Assembly (NCBI GenBank): GCA_964016885.1
Contig: OZ024759.1
Coordinates: 30,504,001 to 30,568,000 of the forward strand
From: Eledone cirrhosa
Taxonomy: Eukaryota
Direction of reading: 5' to 3'
DNA: 64,000 bases
A program made the position numbers and the translations under genes. Numbering within the stretch: position 1 is the first letter of the stretch; each line of letters opens with the position of its first letter. Under the pieces are notes generated by a model that searched no databases, had not been told where the DNA came from, and saw only the letters and a list, made by a program, of their open reading frames with translations. This document shows, one piece after another, positions 54,631-64,000 of the stretch.

Positions 54631-54737
54631 TATGTATATTTATATATATATATATATGTGTATATAAATATATATATATGTGTGAGTGTTTGTATAAGAG
54701 TAATTCGATAGTATTATATATGTGTATATAAGGATGG

Positions 54738-54855
<118 letters not shown>

Positions 54856-54876
54856 TTATACATACATATATATATA

Positions 54877-54960
54877 TAGGGTAATATTCCTATTACCCAC
54901 TCTACTACCCTAAGTATTGAGTACTCTGGTGCGTTATGATCCACCTGGTATGTTACAACA
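54877..54960 (+). mobile_element. Family B element, 3' fragment without hammerhead
   Basis: TTCCTATTACCCACTCTACTACCCTAAGTATTGAGTACTCTGGTGCGTTATG matches about 2831-2882. Next to (TA)n. Confidence 0.7.
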
Positions 54961-55078
54961 CCCTCTTAAGTATATGTAAGGATATTTATATATAAATATA
55001 TATATATATATATGTATGTGTGTGTAAGGATGTTTGTTTATATATATATATACATATGCATATATATATGCTTGATGG

Positions 55079-55124
<46 letters not shown>

Positions 55125-55942
55125 CATCATCATCATCATTTGACGTCCACTTTGGTGTGATGATGTTTCAGTGCAGGTATGATGATGGTTAAATACCGGT
55201 GTGATGATGGTTAGGCTCAAAAGTGATCAGAGTTGGCGCAAAACTATATGGTACCCCAGGTAAGGTTAGTTTCTGACTTCGTTTCGGGAATCATTGCCAG
55301 AGGGACCTGTTAAGCTTGTATCATTAAAGATCTGCGTGAGAGCATCTTATATATCACATACATTATATCTGAGTGGCTTCACAGAATATGTTGGAATCTG
55401 AGCAGGAAGTATGTATTACCAAGGATGGGGTGACAAGAAATACAGCTTCCAGTAAGACATGAAATCCTTTTTTTTAAGGGGACACAACTTATTTTGCTTT
55501 CTGTCGTATATTCCACCCGTCACCCCCCCATTTTCCATCTACCACCACCCCCAGAGGCTCCAACGTCCCCCTGGACCTTTATTACGTCCTGTATGAAATA
55601 AACAAGGAACAAAAAATGACCGTCAACAAGACTGAAATATATTAATCTATTTTTCAAAATTGTTGTTGATTTGGAGAAATGCGCCCTTGAAATCAACGCA
55701 CTTGGCGGCTGCCTAGTTTGCCGATATGGTAGCGCCGGCCCTGGGTGTGATGATGGCTAGTTACAGGTGTGATGGTTAGTTGCAGGTATGATAATGGATA
55801 GATATATCCAAGCAACAGGATGAGAAATACTGATATAAATCGATAGTTAAATATACAGACAGGCAGATAGACAGACAGACAGCAGAGAGACAGACAGATA
55901 GATAGATAGATAGATAGATAGATAGGTAGATAGATAGATAGG

Positions 55943-56000
<58 letters not shown>

Positions 56001-56171
56001 TATTTCTTAGACAGGCAGATAGACAGACAAACGGACAGACAGACAGATAGACAGAGAGACCCACAGGCAGACAGACAGACAGACGGACAGATAGATAGAT
56101 ACATAGGCAGATAAATAGACAGGTAGATAGATAGATAAATAGTTGTGTAGATAGATATATAGATAAATAGA

Positions 56172-56239
<68 letters not shown>

Positions 56240-56259
56240 CAAATATATATATATATAAA

Positions 56260-56351
<92 letters not shown>

Positions 56352-56706
56352 GAGAGAGAGAGATTTATTATAGATAGGTGCAAAGATAAATAGATAGATA
56401 GTCATATATATATATATATATATATAAACAAATATGTATATATAGAGAGAGATGAGTAGATAGATAAATATATATACATAGAGAGATGGAAATATTGGAT
56501 ATGTAGGTAGATAGATGCATACATAGATATATTGGATAGATAGAGAAACCAAGATTTATTCAATTAGAGGAAAGATGGATTCCTATATTCTTAAATACGC
56601 GGATCAGTTGACAACACATTATAGATGCATGGACGTATATAATTCTATACGACATACATTTGTATTGTATGTATTTATATTGGTAGATATATATCTAGAT
56701 ATATTG

Positions 56707-56836
<130 letters not shown>

Positions 56837-56855
56837 ATGTATATATATATATGTG

Positions 56856-56886
<31 letters not shown>

Positions 56887-57064
56887 ATGTATATATATAT
56901 ATTTATATATGCATATATTCATATACTTATGAGTATATAAATATATATATATACATATATATACATATATATACATATATATATATACACATATGTATAT
57001 ATACATATATACATATATATATATGTATATATGCCTATATATATACCTATATATACATATATAT

Positions 57065-57141
<77 letters not shown>

Positions 57142-57160
57142 CCTATATATACATATATAT

Positions 57161-57456
<296 letters not shown>

Positions 57457-57783
57457 AACACAGGTAGATATCAGGCTGCAGAACTGTTCTAAGAGTTTCG
57501 ACTTAAGTGGACATGTGGACAGTGAAACAAAGCGACACTAAGTGGCAATTGACAGAGAAAGAAACAGAGTGAAAGATAGGAGACGGGCGGGATAGACAGA
57601 GATAGGAGGAAAGGGAGAGAGAGAGGAGAAGGAAGGGGAGAGACTGTGGTTTGGTGTGAAAGGGTGGAAGAGGGAGAAAGCGAGAATGGTGTGAGAATAA
57701 GATGGTGATAGGGTGGATTGATATATCGAGAAAGAGATTGGGAGAAAGCGAGAGATGGTGAGAAAAGGAGGGAGTGAAGATGT

Positions 57784-57859
<76 letters not shown>

Positions 57860-58035
57860 GGTAGGAGGAGGACCACGATTGAAAGTTGCTTGCTTGATGG
57901 TTTCTGGATGTAGAGAGAGAGCGAGAGAGACAGATGCCGAACGTGTATTGCTGAACAGTTTCACATTCTTTCTAAGTCCCAACCAATATATACACACACA
58001 TACATACATCTGTACGTCTCTCTCTCTCTCTGTAT

Positions 58036-58145
<110 letters not shown>

Positions 58146-58156
58146 GTATGTATGTC

Positions 58157-58213
<57 letters not shown>

Positions 58214-60321
58214 TGATATACGCACACTAACACACAGGCATATATACATATATATATACACATACACACACAAGTATGTATATCTATACATGATTTCAAA
58301 CGAATGAAACAGTTCTTACCCTGTAGAAATAATTATCATACATACATACATACATACATATATACATACATACGTACGTACATGCATACATACATACATA
58401 CATATATACATACATACGTACGTACATGCATACATACATACACATACAAACACAAACACACATACATACATACATACATACACACATACATACATACATA
58501 CATACATACATACATACATACATACATACATACGTACGTATGTACGTACGTACATACATACATACGTACGTACGTACGTACGTACATGCATACATACATA
58601 CACATACATACATACATACATACATACATACATACATACATACATACATACATACATACATACATACGTACGTACGTACATGCATACATACATACACATA
58701 CAAACACAAACACACATACATACATACATACATACACACATACACACATACATACATACATACATACATACATACATACATACATACATACATACATACA
58801 TACATACATACATACAGTGATCTGTTGGTTGTTAAGAAGCTGAAATTCTTCTATGCAAGAATGACAGTTTGAGGAGTTTAAGTGTCTGACAGAAGCTGAA
58901 GTACAGCACATTAAGATAGACTAAGCGAAGAATCAGTTATTGATTTTTACCAGGAGGCTGCCTTCAAGTGCTTATTAAAAATTGAAAATTTAAATAGAAA
59001 AATAGGAGGGACATTGTGTAAAACCGAAATTATGAATTTCATAATTGATAGAATAGATTAAGAAGGTAAGGTATTCATTGGTTCATTCGTTCGATCGCTC
59101 TTCATACATGAAATCGCTAAGTAGGACAACATTACTTTCAATTAAGGAATCTGAGATTCAAAGTCAAATAATTTCTTTCTTTCGACAAGAATTTGTATCA
59201 ACTTCAGGCCGGCCATATTACGTAACATTAACGATATTAACTATTCTGAACTCTTCCACAACAACACGAAACAAAATTGCAGCTTGCATTTAGTTGAGAG
59301 TTCTTCTAAATTACACCTGCTTGCTGAATTTTGCTCAAGAAAGCAGCCGCCATGTTTCTCAATGTTTTAATTTTTTTTTTTTAACGCCATGTCTATTTTT
59401 GTGATTTGATGCAGCAAGCCAACGAAGTAGTAGCTGGACCTATTAAAATAGTAGTTAATTCCCTCCATATAAAAGAAAACACATTCTACCGTCTTAAATG
59501 TAAAGGGAGCAAATTTGTGAGGGATCTAAATTGTTTTTGTTTGCTGAATTCTGCTCAAGAATGCAGCCGCCATACTCTTGGCGTAGCTCTCCTCCCTCAG
59601 AACTACGTCCAGAGTATGGATTTCTGTAGAATGCTTAGTCACTTGCACGTTAATTCAGCATGACACAGACTTTTTTGTCTTTATCCACGTCAAATGTTGC
59701 GATTTATTTGCACCCCTTTCTTCTCACATGCAGAAAAACCTTTCAAAAACATGATCCCTAACTATATAACTCTAAGCCCCATTAAAACAAATCAGTTCTA
59801 TGTATATGTGTGTATCAAAGGCAACAATTACATTGTTATCCATTGCCCTTTGCATTCGATTACTGTATTTAAGATAGAGTTACAAAGTATATGTGTTATA
59901 AAACGCAATTATTTTTAAATTGAATAATTAGTTTGTCTTTTTTTGTGACATTGATACGGGTTTTAACGGCAGTTAGTGGGAAGAAAGCTGTCTTTGCTTT
60001 GACATTTTCCGTTTCTCGTGGGTGTAGGATTGTATGACTGTATCATAGTTTTGATTTGATAGCTCAACATATAAATAGCCAGTAGATGGACTTCCGAAGA
60101 ATCTCTGGTATCAACACTTTAAAATATGATATCCAGATGTATTTGTCCATTCGTGTCGGTTCTATATCTGTATTTTATCTAGTGTGAGCATGAATCCCTC
60201 TCTAGACAATTCATAGCATCTATATCTTGAGCCGGTATCTAAGAGATATTGGGGATCAATTACTCATAGCTGCCGATTGCAACTTTATCTTCTCAGCGCT
60301 TCGTACAAACCCGAAAGATCG

Positions 60322-60488
60322 GCTACAATGAAGGAGTAATGCTAGGGCTGTGAAATCTTACATACATTAATTTCTACTCTGCTCATTAATAAGTGCATTG
60401 TTTCTTTTTAAGGACTATGATAAAGAATAAGCCTCATTTGGTCATTGCATGTATCTTTGTCAACCTATGAAGTTTTCAGTGACCCTCG
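60322..60488. mobile_element. Mariner-derived MITE relative of 37580-38083, opposite orientation
   Basis: TGCTAGGGCTGTGAAATCTT...CATTTGGTCATTGCATG...CCTATGAAGTTTTCAGTGACCCTCG. Confidence 0.6.
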
Positions 60489-60812
60489 AACTGATCAAAC
60501 ACTGAGCTTCATTTAAACAACTTTACCGATCGCCGAAAATTTATTGATTTTGTATCGAAATTATAAATCAATACGAATTTAAGGCAATTATTATTCTTTT
60601 ATGATTCTTTTGGGAGCTTCACCCATTACACTGAGGTTATGCTGGGGCACCACCTTAAAGCGATTTAGTCGATAGTATTGATCCCAGTACGTAATCTATA
60701 AATTATTTGACTGATCATGAGAAAATCAGGAGCGTATTCAGTCAGCCCTTTTTAAGGAAATGATATATATATATTATATATATGTATATATGTATGTAGG
60801 TTTACTTATATA

Positions 60813-60905
<93 letters not shown>

Positions 60906-60961
60906 TGTGCGGGTATTTATGTATGTATGTATACTTATATATGCAAATATATATATATATA

Positions 60962-61093
<132 letters not shown>

Positions 61094-61889
61094 TGAAATC
61101 TAATAAATATTTATTTACATAGTTCCTATCGATCAAAGTTTTTAGCACGACGTTTTGACCAACCCAAGGCTATAGTGAAAATGCAAAGAAATTACTAAAA
61201 ATACATTTTACAGAGTGCAATCAAACGCAAGACCACGTGTTTGTGACGCAATGAAAATCAAAGAATGCAATATTATCTTGAAAAAAAATTATACCAAAAA
61301 GTAAAGGAAAAACACACAAAAAACCCTCCACATTATCATGCGCTTTTCAGCTTTTCAGCACTTTAAAATCAATGCATATTGGAAAAGATTTGCTGAGATA
61401 TCCCCAATTACGTGTTTCGTTGGCTATGCCATCAAATCCTCATTAGTAGCTACATGAAAAGCATTGTTGAACAATTATCTGCATTTACTGCTGTGTTTTC
61501 CCCTTGTCTTTTACTCAATGGCCATGAAATACACCCTTCCTTTTCTTCTTCGCATTAAACTTGATTCCCAGTCAAATCTAGTTTAGCGTTAAGGAGTCAG
61601 AAAAGCTATTAGATTACCATAGAAAACCCCCAAAAATATAAATAAAGAGATAAAAAATAAGGAAAATATCGATTTATTTGAAAAGGGGATTAACATTGTC
61701 CTCCTTCCAATTTCTCGTTTTCAGTTTCTTTATTCCGTATTTTCTTTGTTCTTTTATGGTTCCCTCTCAGTCTTTCCACAGTATGTGTGTGTGTGTGTCT
61801 CTCTCTCTCCCTCTCTCTGTTTCTCTCTCTCTCTCTCTGATCACTCTCTCTCTCTCTAATCAACCTTTCTGATCACACACACTCTCTTT

Positions 61890-61936
<47 letters not shown>

Positions 61937-61959
61937 CATCCTCTCTGATCACACTCTCT

Positions 61960-62002
<43 letters not shown>

Positions 62003-63178
62003 GATCATCCTTTCTGTTCACAATCTCTTTCTTTCTCTCTCTCTCTCTCTCTCTGATCACCCTCTCTGGTCTCTCTCTCTCTCTCTCTCTCTTTCTTCTC
62101 TATCTATCTATATCTCGCTCTGTTCATCCTCTCTCTCTCTCTCTCTCTATGTCTCTATTTCTCTTCTCCTTTCTTAATTTACATGTCTTGCCCTTGATTA
62201 CACATCCTATTATTAAATTTGGGAGTTTTAAATATCTCAACGCTATAAAAATGCCTTAAAATCAAGACTAAACGACGAACGCTCTATCTGAATAATCCGT
62301 AATTGTATTCTGTAAGAAATACATCACATATTCGCTGGCCTATGGAGCAGCCATTGAAAGATAATAAACGGAATTTACAAAACCATCTGCGTCTATAGAT
62401 ATTTCTACATTCACTTTCATTCCAATGGCTTTTATCTCGACTATTTTTAAATTGACTTAAATTAGAAGCTTTTAGATGTCGGATCCAGGCACAGCAAATC
62501 GGTATAGGTTTAAATAAATAGTTTGGCCAAACAACCTTATAGACAATGGAAAAGGTCTCGTCTTGAAATACCAGGCCATTTATAGAAATACAGCATATGT
62601 GAAGTAGATGGTGAATATTCTCCATTATAATGTTATTATTCGCATTCAATCAGTAAAGATGATGACTTTACAGAAATGGTAAAACGCAGATTGGATTATA
62701 TGAACTAGTTCACTTCTTTATTTATTTTTTTTTTTTCTCCTTCAATATGGATGCATCGTGATAGAATGGGTAAGAAGTCTTCTTCGAAATCTGATAATAT
62801 TGCCGAGATTTTCTGCAAGATCGGAACGTCAGCAGCCCCACTGAAGAACGAGCCTTGCGAAATGGGATGACTGTTAAGCGGGTTTCGCTGACAATTGTCC
62901 TCGGAAATAATTTTGCAGTTTTATCCTCGGCGCGCAGCCCCAACAACACCGCGCCCTACACCCAGTGTTCATCACTCCCTCCCCTTACCTCTCCTTTTCT
63001 TCTGTGGCCCTAGCTAGAGTCCTTGCTCTCCTCCACCCTTTCCTCTCCGTTATGACTTTTATAGTCCTTTCCTCAACTTTCCCACACAGATCTGCCTTTC
63101 TCCACATATTTCCCCATTTGTAATGTTATTTATACAATTGTAAATCAAATTTATTTGTCGGTTGTTCAATCTCATTAC

Positions 63179-63233
<55 letters not shown>

Positions 63234-63380
63234 ATGTACGTATTGTATATTTAATATACGGGGTGTTTAACAATAACAACACACACACATATGTATATGT
63301 GTGTGTGTGTGTGTTGTGTGTGTTGTTGTTATTGTTATTATTGTGTGCTATTATTATTATTGTGTGTTATTATTATTGTG

Positions 63381-63428
<48 letters not shown>

Positions 63429-63917
63429 CATTGTATCCTCACTACTGCTCTTCACCACCGCCTCCTCCAAATCTATCAGTTTGAAATATTCTAATCACCA
63501 CACCAAAGTAACGGTCATTCCTTGTACTTACCTGTATTTACCTGATTCTGTATATCCTGTGGTTCCTCTTCATTTTGTTTTGACTTTTCAATACTGCAAC
63601 CGTTACCAAAGCAACCAGTTAGTTTCCTTTCAATCTTCTTCGTCAACTTCCATTATCTTATACGTCCACTCCTTGATCTTTCATCACAAATCTAATCTCC
63701 TACTACATTCCACCCGTCTTCTTCTTCTTCTTCTTCTTCTTCTTCTTCTTCTTCTTCTTCTTCTTCTTCTTCTTCTTCTTCTTCTTCTTCTTCTTCTTCT
63801 TCTTCTTCTTCTTCTTCTTCTTCTTCTTCTTCTTCTTCTTCTTCTTCTTCTTCTTCTTCTTCGCCCACTTATTCCTGAGAGGGTCGTGGGGGAAGAGTCC
63901 TCAAACACTTCTTCGAG

Positions 63918-63957
<40 letters not shown>

Positions 63958-64000
63958 GTCTAAAGTGTGTATATACAGCACAGGGCTACCACTAACATCA

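Overview
This is AT-rich eukaryotic (animal) DNA packed with microsatellites: (TA)n, (CA)n, (GA)n, (CTT)n, (AAC)n, (ATT)n and (CATA)n. The repeat load and SINE types suggest an octopus or other cephalopod genome, but that is inference. Nearly all ORFs in the track are translations of microsatellites. The only intact protein-coding unit is a full-length non-LTR retrotransposon of the L1/Tx1 group on the minus strand (about 26716-32599). Its ORF1 carries a CCHC knuckle, its ORF2 has APE endonuclease, RT and a Cys/His finger, and it sits in an (ATT)n run. Four patterns stand out. (1) The most abundant tRNA-derived SINE shares its last ~30 nt, its (ATT)n tail and apparently its (ATT)n target with this LINE, making a candidate LINE-SINE pair that builds head-to-tail arrays. 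(2) About ten type-I hammerhead ribozyme motifs from several short non-coding Penelope-pLTR-like families lie in or beside (TA)n runs; two carry the compensatory U3-A8 core. (3) Other retroelement fragments sort by microsatellite class: R4/Dong-like and RTE-like pieces in (CATA)n, and a 177-bp unit beside (CTT)n. (4) Five long DNA palindromes cluster at 40.5-43.5 kb. No host gene could be identified with confidence. All alignments and folds were done by eye.
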